The notes: a model not told the origin generated them from the letters alone. A stretch of DNA of 28,224 bases from an uncultured virus (IMG/VR IMGVR_UViG_3300046517_000746) (IMGVR_UViG_3300046517_000746), one strand, 5' to 3'; numbered from the stretch's first letter, positions 9,028 to 17,573 are shown. Made by a program: numbers and translations.

Positions 9028-9597
9028 CTACACGTTTGCTTTCAGACGATCACGAACACGGTTAAGTCGCGCCATTGCTTCACGGGGTCCGCCTTTGTCT
9101 GGATGAAGTTCGCGGGCAAGAACCTTAAAGCCGATGTCGATCAGGCGAAGCCCGAGCTTCGCTTCAGCATCGCGCTCTTGTTGGCGGGTGAGCTCTTCCT
9201 GGGCCGCTAGTCTCCGCGCTTCATTGCGGGCTCGTTCGGCAATGTCATCAACAGCTAACGTATATTCACGACGGGCCACGGGAGGACGACGGTATCCGAA
9301 AACCTTTTCCTCGACTTCGGATAATGATTTGAACCGCTTAGATGACTTATGGACACCGAGAGCCATCCAAGTCCTTAATGTTGTTTTACTTCTTTGAAAC
9401 TTTTCAGACCACCGCCAGAAGCCAGAGGCATCGCCTTCAAAGTGGCCATCCTGCGCTTCTGCTAATTTTTCCCCGGCAGAGCGGTAGTAATCCATTCCCG
9501 CTTTTTCGCCCGCGGTAATGTCATCCAAGATAAGTTTTTCAAGAACTTTGAGAGGACGAGCAATCTCCCGCGCATCCTGTTTCGCTAACGCTGTCAT
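9028..9597 (-). CDS. DUF3102-like protein with a C-terminal J-domain-like HPD motif, 189 aa
   Basis: N-terminal AGEKLAEAQ...GFWRW; C-terminal FKVLARELHPDKGG..EAMARLN..RD.L. Confidence 0.7.
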   Translation of the reverse strand: MTALAKQDAREIARPLKVLEKLILDDITAGEKAGMDYYRSAGEKLAEAQDGHFEGDASGFWRWSEKFQRSKTTLRTWMALGVHKSSKRFKSLSEVEEKVFGYRRPPVARREYTLAVDDIAERARNEARRLAAQEELTRQQERDAEAKLGLRLIDIGFKVLARELHPDKGGPREAMARLNRVRDRLKANV

Positions 9598-9608
9598 GGC
9601 ATGGTTTC

Positions 9609-9633
9609 CTATCCTGTTATTAAAACAGGATAG
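9609..9633. promoter_or_regulatory. Perfect 10-bp inverted repeat overlapping the RBS of the 9597 gene
   Basis: CTATCCTGTT-attaa-AACAGGATAG. Confidence 0.6.
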
Positions 9634-9671
9634 CCAAGCATGATAACTGAAAGTGCGTCAAGTACGCCTAA

Positions 9672-10118
9672 TCATTTATTCGGCCATTGGCCGTCGACCC
9701 GTTGCGCCCATAGCTCGGCAAACACGTAGGGGTCGACCACCGCTACCAAGCGCCAGAGCTCAAACGGCTTGGCCTCGAAGAACGTATCCGCGTCGGCCTG
9801 TGCGTCGATTTCGTTAAACTGATCTGCTGGTATGGTATTGATCACCCCGCCTCCTAGGCGGGGTTCTTTTTTTGCCTGCGCGTGAGAGTTGAACACCGGG
9901 TCCATGCGCAGGTCGCGCGGCGGGCCCCTGCGGTTCGACCAGCATCTATCGCGGCTGTACCAATATAGATGTGATTTTGGCCACAGTTGCCGCGCCTCGC
10001 TTTTGCTCAGACAGACGGCTGCCGGCACCGCCGGTGTCGCCAGCAGCAGCGCCAGTATGAACAGCGTGATGCCGCAGATCACGAGAGTTGTCAGCGATGA
10101 TGCGGTGTCGGAGTTCAT
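9672..10118 (-). CDS. Hypothetical membrane-anchored/exported protein, 148 aa
   Basis: N-terminal hydrophobic helix followed by CLSKSEARQLWP..HLYW....CW. RBS AAGGA. Confidence 0.7.
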   Translation of the reverse strand: MNSDTASSLTTLVICGITLFILALLLATPAVPAAVCLSKSEARQLWPKSHLYWYSRDRCWSNRRGPPRDLRMDPVFNSHAQAKKEPRLGGGVINTIPADQFNEIDAQADADTFFEAKPFELWRLVAVVDPYVFAELWAQRVDGQWPNK

Positions 10119-10121
10119 TAA

Positions 10122-10382
10122 CTAGTCCTTAATGCCGATTAGCTCGGCCCCGGTTTTTGTGGCCCCGTATCCACTTCCGGCAACCTCGCCATCATCGTTA
10201 AAAAGACCGCACATATACTCGGCAAGGCCCTTTTTCTTCAGAGAACGACAGGCCCTTCGGATTTGCTTGCGGTCTAGTTTTATGTGTTGAGCTATGCCAT
10301 CAAAACCCCAATAGACCGCATCGCATGAAAATTGATCCGCCAAAAAGGCGAGAACCTTATTTTCGTTTTCATTGAGGTTCAT
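10122..10382 (-). CDS. Winged-HTH protein, 86 aa
   Basis: IAQHIKLDRKQIRRACRSLKKKGL HTH followed by a wing (GY.AT..G). Confidence 0.7.
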   Translation of the reverse strand: MNLNENENKVLAFLADQFSCDAVYWGFDGIAQHIKLDRKQIRRACRSLKKKGLAEYMCGLFNDDGEVAGSGYGATKTGAELIGIKD

Positions 10383-10391
10383 CGGCGTTTA

Positions 10392-10871
10392 TCAGTCGTT
10401 AGTACTTGCAGGTGTTGCCGCCTCGATGGTCACGCTGTTCTTTTTTGCGCGCGGCTTTTTCTCCGGCGCCTTGATGTTCATGGCATCGAGGACTTCTTTT
10501 AATTTGGAAAGTACGCGGCGCTGATCCTCGACCTGACACTGCAGGACCGTCAAATTATTGCACTGCTCTGCATTTTCCAGTTCGAGATAATCGATCTTTT
10601 TTTGCTGGCTCTGGCTCTGCAACACAGCCTCTGTGAGTTGTACTTGCAGATTGTTTTCCCGCCGCTGCGCGGCTGCACGTTCGCTTTTGTATTCGTGGAC
10701 GAAACTGGCGGCCTGGCGGATGATCATCTCGCGCTCGTCATCCTGGCTGAACTCCGGTGGCCGCTCGGGCATTGCGGCAACGGTTGGCAATGGCGGCATT
10801 TCATCTTCCGGCATATCATCATCTCCCTTTCTATGCAGCCAACTCGGGACCAGTGATTGTAGCGCGTTCAT
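10392..10871 (-). CDS. Hypothetical coiled-coil protein, 159 aa
   Basis: RBS AAGGG; Q/E/L-rich heptad region. Confidence 0.7.
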   Translation of the reverse strand: MNALQSLVPSWLHRKGDDDMPEDEMPPLPTVAAMPERPPEFSQDDEREMIIRQAASFVHEYKSERAAAQRRENNLQVQLTEAVLQSQSQQKKIDYLELENAEQCNNLTVLQCQVEDQRRVLSKLKEVLDAMNIKAPEKKPRAKKNSVTIEAATPASTND

Positions 10872-11029
10872 GGTGTTTCCCTTTCCTTATCCTTCAATGC
10901 TTGTCCTTCAATACGGGCAGAAAAGTTTCCGAGCCAATATAAAAAGTGCGCAAGCATCCCCGGTGGCGGGATGTAGCCTCCAGCTTTTCCCTCAAAGCGC
11001 CCATGCCAAAACCAAGATCGTTGTCTCAT
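10868..11029 (-). CDS. Small ORF, 53 aa (below the ORF-track cutoff)
   Basis: MRQRSWFWHGRFEGKAGG...ALKDKERETP. ATGA overlaps at both ends and it fills the gap exactly. Confidence 0.6.
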   Translation of the reverse strand: MRQRSWFWHGRFEGKAGGYIPPPGMLAHFLYWLGNFSARIEGQALKDKERETP

Positions 11030-11337
11030 GGCTTGTCCTTCAACGCACGGATGGCAGCGGCAACTTCCTCGAATGCTGTTTTAGGAACATCGGCAGAAGT
11101 GCGACCTGCAAGATTATCCGCCACCTGTGCGCAGCGTTCGATGGTGGCGTTAAACTCTGACTGCATTTCTTTTTCTGTATGAGTAAATATAACTGGTTCT
11201 GTCTGTTCCGCCCCCGCAGCGGCGGTGAGGGCGCTATTTAATTGCGCCGCAGCCCATGCGGGATCGTCTCGCCCAAGAGCATCAAGGGCCGACTGACAGG
11301 CCGCGCGTAGTATCTGTGCTTGTGTTGGTTTGGTCAC
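11026..11337 (-). CDS. Hypothetical protein, 103 aa (GTG start)
   Basis: GTGA overlap with the upstream gene. The C-terminal ATIERCAQVAD...AAAIRALKDKP is a common phage early-gene motif. Confidence 0.65.
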   Translation of the reverse strand: MTKPTQAQILRAACQSALDALGRDDPAWAAAQLNSALTAAAGAEQTEPVIFTHTEKEMQSEFNATIERCAQVADNLAGRTSADVPKTAFEEVAAAIRALKDKP

Positions 11338-11699
11338 GGTTCGCCCCTGATGGTCTGCATCGCGACCATGTTGTGCCTGATCAGCCGGTCGCATTCCTGT
11401 TCATCGCCGGATATCGAATAAAGCGCGAGCGCCAAAAGGATCGGATCGATGTGGTAGCTGTGCCACCATGCTCGCTCCGGCATTGCATGCTGCTCCTCAT
11501 GGTGGCGCCGGCATAAGGGCAAGACGAACCTGTCGTCAGCCTTCATGCCTACGTTGATCGACAGCGGCTTGAGTACGCGCGCGTCGGCGAACTTAATGTG
11601 CGCCGGGTCGCATGGCGAACTACCGCAGATGATGCACGACCGCTCGCGCACGAACGCCAGATGCTTGGGGTTTTCTCGGCGCGGGCGGCGTTGCATCAT
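11334..11699 (-). CDS. DUF968-family putative HNH-like nuclease, 121 aa
   Basis: HLAFVR...CIICG....DPAH...K.DDRFVLPLCRRHHEEQH. Confidence 0.8.
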   Translation of the reverse strand: MMQRRPRRENPKHLAFVRERSCIICGSSPCDPAHIKFADARVLKPLSINVGMKADDRFVLPLCRRHHEEQHAMPERAWWHSYHIDPILLALALYSISGDEQECDRLIRHNMVAMQTIRGEP

Positions 11700-12235
11700 G
11701 CCTCCACCATTTTAACGCGCGTGACCATGAGGTCCGCTGCGAAGAATGCTGAGTGGCATTGATGACAGCGCACGTATGATCCGGTGCGTTCCAGCGTAGG
11801 CTCATCGCAGTCGGGGCAATGACCACGCAGGGCAACACACTCGAACAACCGCTCGGTTTCAGTCACGGTTTTCCTCCCGGTCAGTAGACCGTGCAGCGTG
11901 TTCCCACGGAGCGCGAGGCATGGAAGCTGGATCAAAAGGCCGTTCGCGAGCGCTAGATCGAGCGGCACGAATACCCACCACAACAGGGTTGCCGTCGACG
12001 CCGTATATAACGCTGCGAACGAAAGGTTGGTTGGCTCGTTTTGATAAGTGTGCGCGACCCGCTGGCCCAAACAGCGGCGCGGCTGGAGTAAATTGTAAGA
12101 AAAAAATAAAGCTATGCACACAATACGCCAGACATCGATACCCAAAAAATAATAGATCGGCGACGTAGCAGTAAAGACGACTGTGACATTGACGGCCGAT
12201 GCCGTAGCTTTTTTGATGGTGATCTGCCAATTCAC
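11696..12235 (-). CDS. Multi-pass membrane protein with a C-terminal Zn ribbon, 179 aa (GTG start)
   Basis: Three to four hydrophobic segments; CPDC...CHQC; GTGA and ATGA coupling. Confidence 0.65.
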   Translation of the reverse strand: MNWQITIKKATASAVNVTVVFTATSPIYYFLGIDVWRIVCIALFFSYNLLQPRRCLGQRVAHTYQNEPTNLSFAALYTASTATLLWWVFVPLDLALANGLLIQLPCLALRGNTLHGLLTGRKTVTETERLFECVALRGHCPDCDEPTLERTGSYVRCHQCHSAFFAADLMVTRVKMVEA

Positions 12236-12678
12236 TGCCCCTGCTTCCACATCTCGTACTGCGCCAGCAGCGCGTCAAAACGCTGCAGCGCGTCTCTGTC
12301 CGTACTGAGAACCTTGCGCGAGTCGATGTTGAGCAGGGCACGCATGGCATCGGCCGCTCGCGTCTTGCCCTCGCCCAGCCCGCCCTCCCAATGTGTTGGA
12401 TAGGCCTTGCGCAGAAAAGTCTGGAAGGCCGGCTCGCCGCAGGCGATCGCCGCCCGCATCGTATTGGCGTTCTGCCGGCGCTTACTCTTAATTTCGGGGT
12501 CCGCGATCTTTGGTTGCTCGTTGTCGTCGATCTCCTGAAACGCCAGCGCGAACCTTGCATTGATCCTCGCCACCAGCAGGTGCTCGGGAAAGTGCTCGGG
12601 CTGAATCCTGAAAGTTATGAGGATGCCCTCGGCCTCCTGCTTAAGCGCGATCTTGAGTGCTTCGACGGCTTCGCTCAC
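12232..12678 (-). CDS. Hypothetical phage protein, 148 aa (GTG start)
   Basis: RBS AAGGGG. AAIACGEPAFQTFL...AADAMRALLNIDSRKVL is a motif common in recombination-region genes. Confidence 0.7.
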   Translation of the reverse strand: MSEAVEALKIALKQEAEGILITFRIQPEHFPEHLLVARINARFALAFQEIDDNEQPKIADPEIKSKRRQNANTMRAAIACGEPAFQTFLRKAYPTHWEGGLGEGKTRAADAMRALLNIDSRKVLSTDRDALQRFDALLAQYEMWKQGQ

Positions 12679-12752
12679 AGCAGTGGCCCCTTCAGAAGAC
12701 TGTGTAGGCACCACACACCGATGCAAACGATAATTAATCCCGTGATTGTCAT
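12675..12752 (-). CDS. 25-aa hydrophobic peptide
   Basis: MTITGLIIVCIGVWCLHSLLKGPLL. RBS GAGG; ATGA and GTGA overlaps at its ends. Confidence 0.5.
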   Translation of the reverse strand: MTITGLIIVCIGVWCLHSLLKGPLL

Positions 12753-13405
12753 TCTGCTGCTGCCTCTTCCAGTGTGGCGCGTAAATCGAACTTGGTGCGC
12801 AGCGCAGCGACGATCGTCGCCAGCTCTGCGTTGAATGTTTTGACTGCTTGGGCGAGTTGGGCGATGTACGGCTCGTCACGGTAGATGCGCTTGATATAGG
12901 GCCGGCGCCGCGGCCAGTAGATCATGAGATCGCACCAGGCTCTTTCCGAAACCCACAATATGCCCTGCACTTGTGGTGTGAATTCCGGCGGATTGCTATC
13001 TCTGAGCACGTGCGGGATCCATAGTCGTGGAAACATCGTCTTGACCTCGAGCATGCCGTCCTTGCCAATCAGTGCATCGGGACTTCCGCCAGCACTGACC
13101 GTGTGATTTTTTATGAAGCCGACCTGCTGGGGTATGACGTCGTTCTCCAGCGCATATATCGAACGCGCCTCTGCCTCCAGTAGTTTTCCGCGTTCAATGT
13201 GTTCGTTAGTAAAGCCGCCATCCACTGGATCATCGTAGATGACCTCGTCGGCGAGTTGATAGAGATAGGCGGCACGTACCTTGCTGTCAGCATCGCCACG
13301 GCCCTTGGCCATGACATGACCAAACCGTGAGCAGGTAGGGATACCAGCGCGCGCTAAGAACCACTCCGGCGAACCCTGATCGACGTCGATGATCTCGATA
13401 TTCAT
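12749..13405 (-). CDS. YqaJ / lambda-exonuclease family nuclease
   Basis: QGSPEWFLARAG..T.S, RG..LE..AR, GSPDAL, LEVK and Q.QG.LWV...WCD. Confidence 0.92.
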   Translation of the reverse strand: MNIEIIDVDQGSPEWFLARAGIPTCSRFGHVMAKGRGDADSKVRAAYLYQLADEVIYDDPVDGGFTNEHIERGKLLEAEARSIYALENDVIPQQVGFIKNHTVSAGGSPDALIGKDGMLEVKTMFPRLWIPHVLRDSNPPEFTPQVQGILWVSERAWCDLMIYWPRRRPYIKRIYRDEPYIAQLAQAVKTFNAELATIVAALRTKFDLRATLEEAAAE

Positions 13406-14121
13406 CGGCTGACCTTCTTTTCTATCTGCCGGCGCAGATACCCCATGGCGGCGTCGAATTTAACTGCCATGATATCGCTGACGCTCGGCGCGCCGGCGAG
13501 ATCGAGAAACTTCTCCACAACGATGTGCTTGTGGTGCAACAGGATCTTGTTGATCTGGTCGGCCTGCTCCTCGGTGATCAGGCCAGAGCCTTTGCCATTG
13601 GCACTAAGCCCGTCGTCATCCTTAGCTGCGGCGAGCCCGAGTGCGGCACGCAATGTGTATCGTTCCAAATACGTAACCGCAGAGCCGATACTTTGAATTG
13701 GGTTTTTCGAGCCCGATGTGTCCGGCGCGGCCGACAGTTTAGAGGCCTCTTCCGAATAGCCGTCGGCGTGGCCGATTACGCAGATGACCGTGACCACGTT
13801 GTTTGCGCTGTCGACCTTGAACCTTACCCATAAGCCGTGTGCGGCGAGGGCTGGATCTACTGCGGCCAACAACTCGGCCAAATCCTCATGCTTGTATGAT
13901 GTTTTGCCGTAGCCCACCGAGACGGTCTTCAGGATCTCCGGCGGGTTAGCCTTGAAGGCCGCGATTGCGGTGTTGAACGCCTTCTTGGCCTGCGTGGCCT
14001 CCCAGCGCTCCTGCATACCAAGCAGACGCTCGATAACTTCGATGCCGGCACCGGTTGCGATCGCCTGCTCCAGCAATTGCGGCGGGCTCTGCATCATTTT
14101 CACTACGTTGTTGTCAGTCAT
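13402..14121 (-). CDS. erf: ERF-family ssDNA-annealing recombinase, 239 aa (start corrected)
   Basis: IGHADG, KNPIQSIGSAVTYLERYTL.AALGLA..DDDG. RBS GAGGAGG precedes the ATG at 14121. Adjacent to the exonuclease. Confidence 0.9.
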   Translation of the reverse strand: MTDNNVVKMMQSPPQLLEQAIATGAGIEVIERLLGMQERWEATQAKKAFNTAIAAFKANPPEILKTVSVGYGKTSYKHEDLAELLAAVDPALAAHGLWVRFKVDSANNVVTVICVIGHADGYSEEASKLSAAPDTSGSKNPIQSIGSAVTYLERYTLRAALGLAAAKDDDGLSANGKGSGLITEEQADQINKILLHHKHIVVEKFLDLAGAPSVSDIMAVKFDAAMGYLRRQIEKKVSR

Positions 14122-14326
14122 CCTTGCCTCCTCGTTCGGCCTCATGTAGATCCTCGAAGTATTCGGCGCGCTCCTCGAACAAGCGATCAAGATCATCGAG
14201 CGCCTCCTGCTCGGTTTTGCCCCAGCCCATGATGTTAAACTCGGCGGCACCGTCGTACGTATACTCGTCGAAGGCGGTCCACTCGCCGCCACGCGGCGTG
14301 GGATGAAACTCGGTTTTGATTTTCAC
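14114..14326 (-). CDS. Acidic hypothetical early protein, 70 aa
   Basis: RBS GGGAG, GTG start; YDGA...GWGKTEQEALDDL. Confidence 0.7.
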   Translation of the reverse strand: MKIKTEFHPTPRGGEWTAFDEYTYDGAAEFNIMGWGKTEQEALDDLDRLFEERAEYFEDLHEAERGGKDD

Positions 14327-14327
14327 A

Positions 14328-14561
14328 TCAGTCTCCCAGCAGCTCTTTGAGGATCCCGTACAAATTCGGGTTATCGAGGCCTACCACGGCAACCCCGGCC
14401 GGCAGGGCAGTACTCTTGCGCTCTTGCAGTTCGCGCATGATCGATGAGATCAGGTCCAGCCCCTGCGCAATCTCGCTGAGAGATGCGCCGTCGCGGATCA
14501 GTTGCCACGCCTCGCGGATGTGTAGGGCCAGCTCGTAATCGTCTTGGCTGCGGATGGTCAT
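14328..14561 (-). CDS. Hypothetical early protein, 77 aa
   Basis: RBS GAGG; ATGA coupling. Confidence 0.65.
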   Translation of the reverse strand: MTIRSQDDYELALHIREAWQLIRDGASLSEIAQGLDLISSIMRELQERKSTALPAGVAVVGLDNPNLYGILKELLGD

Positions 14562-14779
14562 CGTGATCCTCTCGGATATGAGCCAGTTAATCCCATTGCG
14601 TTTTGGGTGCGGTTCCAGCGTGAAATGGCCAATTCTATTTTGACCTTGGAGCCATCACGCGGGACCAATCCGCGAACTTGCTCACGCGCTGATTGCTCAT
14701 CAAAGGCGTCGATGGTCGAGATCTTGACGCGATCATCTCCGTTGACGCAGTAGCTTAGCGAATATGCGAACTTGGTCAT
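14558..14779 (-). CDS. First gene of the leftward operon, 73 aa hypothetical
   Basis: RBS GGAGG/AAGGA precedes the ATG at 14779. Confidence 0.6.
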   Translation of the reverse strand: MTKFAYSLSYCVNGDDRVKISTIDAFDEQSAREQVRGLVPRDGSKVKIELAISRWNRTQNAMGLTGSYPRGSR

Positions 14780-14803
14780 TTCCTTGCCTCCGTTTGAACT
14801 CAT

Positions 14804-14919
14804 GACGCAATATGCGCTTGGTATATTTGATTTGTCAACGATTAAATTATCTATTTGTAATATTATACAGAACGGTTAATATTGCCTTCCAGGCCGCAAT
14901 AATACGGGAGGAATAAGCC
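14804..14919. promoter_or_regulatory. AT-rich divergent promoter region (PL/PR-like)
   Basis: Minus strand: TTGACA (14838-14833)-N17/18-(G)CATATT. Plus strand: TTGTAA-N16-TAATAT. An imperfect palindrome TGTAATATTATACA is present, and the flanking genes diverge. Confidence 0.7.
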
Positions 14920-15159
14920 ATGAGATCGATAACTCCACCACGCAGCCGCGCGGTTCCAATAGGCCCAGAAGACCTCAAGGAGTTTCGTGATGGGCTGGGC
15001 GAGACGCAGGGTCAGTTCGCCGCCCGCATTGGGATTAGGCAGTCCACGCTGTCGCGCTGGGAGGCTGGGAGGCTACCCAAGAAGGGTGCGGCGCAGCTCT
15101 TGCTGACGCGGGTGCTCGACGACATTGCCCGCGTGCATCAGTTCCCGGTGCGCCGATAG
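14920..15159 (+). CDS. Cro-like XRE HTH regulator, 79 aa
   Basis: LKEFRDGLGETQGQFAARIGIRQSTLSRWEAG; RBS GGGAGG. Confidence 0.9.
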   Translation: MRSITPPRSRAVPIGPEDLKEFRDGLGETQGQFAARIGIRQSTLSRWEAGRLPKKGAAQLLLTRVLDDIARVHQFPVRR

Positions 15160-15229
15160 GTAAGACCGATATACAAAAAGTGTCCTGACACAATGTCGGG
15201 TCCGTGACACAATCGAATGGGGGTTTGCG

Positions 15230-15853
15230 ATGCTGAACGATACGGTCGTCTGCACGACTGCGCTCGAAGTTAGATTGCTCGCCGCGCTGGTGGAGGAGCG
15301 CCGTAAGCTCTCGCGCCAGATCAAGCCACTAGACCCGAAACGCATAATCAAGTTCCGGCCCGTGGCAAAGCACATCAGCCCCTGGCCGCCGGCTGACTTT
15401 GTCGGCCCGCTGGAGGTGTACGGGCCTCCCCGGCCTGCTGGGCATGGTTGGCGGCCGGCCGAGCAGGCGGCACTGCTCGATATCCTCAAGGCGGTAGCCG
15501 AGCGTTGGCGCGTCACGGTGATAGATCTGCGCTCGGATCGGCGCAATTGGGGCATCATAGTTCCGCGCCATGTCGCGGTCATGCTGTGCAAGACACTGAC
15601 GAAATCGTCTTATCCGACGATCGGGCGGGCCTTTGGCGGGCGCGACCACACCACGATGCTGCATGCCGCCACGCGCTACGACTGGCTGCGGCTGCAACTC
15701 ATCCAGATCCTTACACCGCAGGATCCGCTCACCCTCTGGGTGAGCGAGGCCTACGACCACGCCCGACTTGGGCCGGTGCAAAACCATAAAAGTCCACGTT
15801 TGGTGGGTGACAAGCCGCGCGAACAGGTTCTAAGTTGGCCCTTCGGCGGCTAG
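15230..15853 (+). CDS. Protein with a DnaA C-terminal-like HTH (Bac_DnaA_C)
   Basis: DLRSDRR...IVPRHVAVML...T..SYPTIGRAFGGRDHTTMLHA matches the DnaA domain IV signature. No AAA+ domain. Confidence 0.85.
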   Translation: MLNDTVVCTTALEVRLLAALVEERRKLSRQIKPLDPKRIIKFRPVAKHISPWPPADFVGPLEVYGPPRPAGHGWRPAEQAALLDILKAVAERWRVTVIDLRSDRRNWGIIVPRHVAVMLCKTLTKSSYPTIGRAFGGRDHTTMLHAATRYDWLRLQLIQILTPQDPLTLWVSEAYDHARLGPVQNHKSPRLVGDKPREQVLSWPFGG

Positions 15854-15943
15854 ACCGTCGCGCCGGGACAGCGGCTTGCTACCGTTGCCCGACCTTCACG
15901 GGCTTACCGGCACCTTTTCCTCCAGCCCTTGAAGGGGGCTCTA

Positions 15944-16630
15944 ATGGCTGAATTTCCTGCAATGCCGCTGTGGATACAGCGTTATCTTGCCGATACCGAG
16001 CATCTCACCTTCGAAGAACACGGGGCCTACCTACGCCTACTCATGGCGATGTGGATCGCTCCCAACCAACGTATCCCCAACGATGACGAGTGGTTAGCGC
16101 GTCGGTTTCGGTGCAATACTTCCGTTGTTAGTAACCTACTGAGACCTATAATAAAAGAGTTCTGCAATGCAGATGCAGGCATGCTTATGCAGAAGGCGCT
16201 GCAGCGGGAATGGTCTGTAGTTAGAACCAAAACAGAGCGCAGGCGCCGAGCAGCTAAGGTGCGGTGGGATAAAGAGAATAGTGAGTACAATGCATATGCA
16301 CCCACACCCACACCCACACCCACAATAAAGAAAGAAAGTAAGAGAGAAACACCTCACAAAAAAAATGGCAGAGGGCGCACAACACCACTGCCTACCGAGT
16401 GGCATGTCCCACAGAGGGCAACCGAGATAGCAAGGGAACTAGCAGTAGATCTGCGTGCGACTGAGGGGCAATTCCGTGACTACTTAAAATCAACGGGCAA
16501 GCAATACATCGATTACGACGCTGCATTCTGCAATTTCGTCCGCAATGCCCCAAAGTTCAGCAAAGGCAGTAGGCCCGTAACCGATCAGGAGCGCAGGGCG
16601 CAACGCACGCGTGAAACGGGGATCGTGTGA
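15944..16630 (+). CDS. YdaU/DUF1376-family replication initiator, 228 aa
   Basis: [29 protein letters not shown]...[18 protein letters not shown] linker; C-terminal FRDY...[14 protein letters not shown]. Confidence 0.85.
   Translation: MAEFPAMPLWIQRYLADTEHLTFEEHGAYLRLLMAMWIAPNQRIPNDDEWLARRFRCNTSVVSNLLRPIIKEFCNADAGMLMQKALQREWSVVRTKTERRRRAAKVRWDKENSEYNAYAPTPTPTPTIKKESKRETPHKKNGRGRTTPLPTEWHVPQRATEIARELAVDLRATEGQFRDYLKSTGKQYIDYDAAFCNFVRNAPKFSKGSRPVTDQERRAQRTRETGIV
16301..16324 (+). repeat. (CCCACA)4 microsatellite encoding PTPTPTPT
   Basis: cccacacccacacccacacccaca. Confidence 0.85.
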
Positions 16631-17454
16631 TGCTGAACAAAACCCCCGACCAATTCTGGCACGGCTTTGCCGGCCTATACGCGCTTGCCGATCTGCCTCG
16701 CTATCAATCAGTGGCGGCTGTCACGAAGTCCACCGGATGGTGGGAATTGGATCAGATCTTCCTGCTGTATCCTTCTCAATTCACGGTCGTCCACGGCGGT
16801 GCCAACCACGGCAAGTCGACGTTTTTGATGAACTTGATCTGCAACCAATGGTGCGAACACGGCACCAAGACATTCGCCTATCTGCCAGAGAACGAACGGT
16901 ATCTGCACGATCGGCTGTCCCTGATTTGGGGCGACCGACAGGGCTGGGACGCCTTTGCCGAGGTTGGTCTAGTGCTCGCATCGTCCATTCGACGGTTCAC
17001 CGAGCAACCACACGACCTGACGTGGATATTGAATCACGCCTACGATGCCCACCAGGACGGGCACTCAGGGCTTATAGTCCTAGACCCATGGAATGAGATC
17101 GAGTGGACGCGGCCCAAGGAAATGACGTTGAGCGAGTTTCTCGGGTATTGCCTGAAGCAGATAACGGGGTTCTGCCGTGACACGAATATAGCGGTGATGC
17201 TCTCGGCGCATCCGACAAAATCAGGCGTTGCGGATGGCAAGATACCGGGGCCGTATGACATCGATGGTTCGGCTAATTGGGCCAACAAGCCGGATAATAT
17301 TCTTTGCATCCACCGCGACGATGCAAAAAATGAAACCAAAGTAATCAGCCAGAAAGTCAGAGAGATCGGTGCCGGCAAGCGCGGTACGTGCCATTTCACG
17401 GTCGATGCTGATACCGGCATTTTCACACCACAACATGGGGGAGTAACGCTATGA
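16627..17454 (+). CDS. SF4 (T7 gp4/Twinkle-like) helicase domain protein, 275 aa
   Basis: Walker [10 protein letters not shown]; Walker [35 protein letters not shown]. Confidence 0.85.
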   Translation: MMLNKTPDQFWHGFAGLYALADLPRYQSVAAVTKSTGWWELDQIFLLYPSQFTVVHGGANHGKSTFLMNLICNQWCEHGTKTFAYLPENERYLHDRLSLIWGDRQGWDAFAEVGLVLASSIRRFTEQPHDLTWILNHAYDAHQDGHSGLIVLDPWNEIEWTRPKEMTLSEFLGYCLKQITGFCRDTNIAVMLSAHPTKSGVADGKIPGPYDIDGSANWANKPDNILCIHRDDAKNETKVISQKVREIGAGKRGTCHFTVDADTGIFTPQHGGVTL

Positions 17455-17573
17455 GCGAGGATACCTGGCATCCGATTGGCGAGTTGGCACAGCGCATTGT
17501 CGAGCGGTTGGCAAAAGATCGAAAGCCGGAGAAGGGTGTGGATGAAAAAACCCCAGAGCGAAAAAGTCCATGA
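17451..17573 (+). CDS. Small ORF, 40 aa
   Basis: [20 protein letters not shown]...; RBS GGGGAG; ATGA overlap with the helicase gene. Confidence 0.5.
   Translation: MSEDTWHPIGELAQRIVERLAKDRKPEKGVDEKTPERKSP

Noticed and set aside
15230..15853. Host dnaA gene
   Set aside because: Only the domain IV-like HTH is present, with no AAA+ domain, in a phage context.
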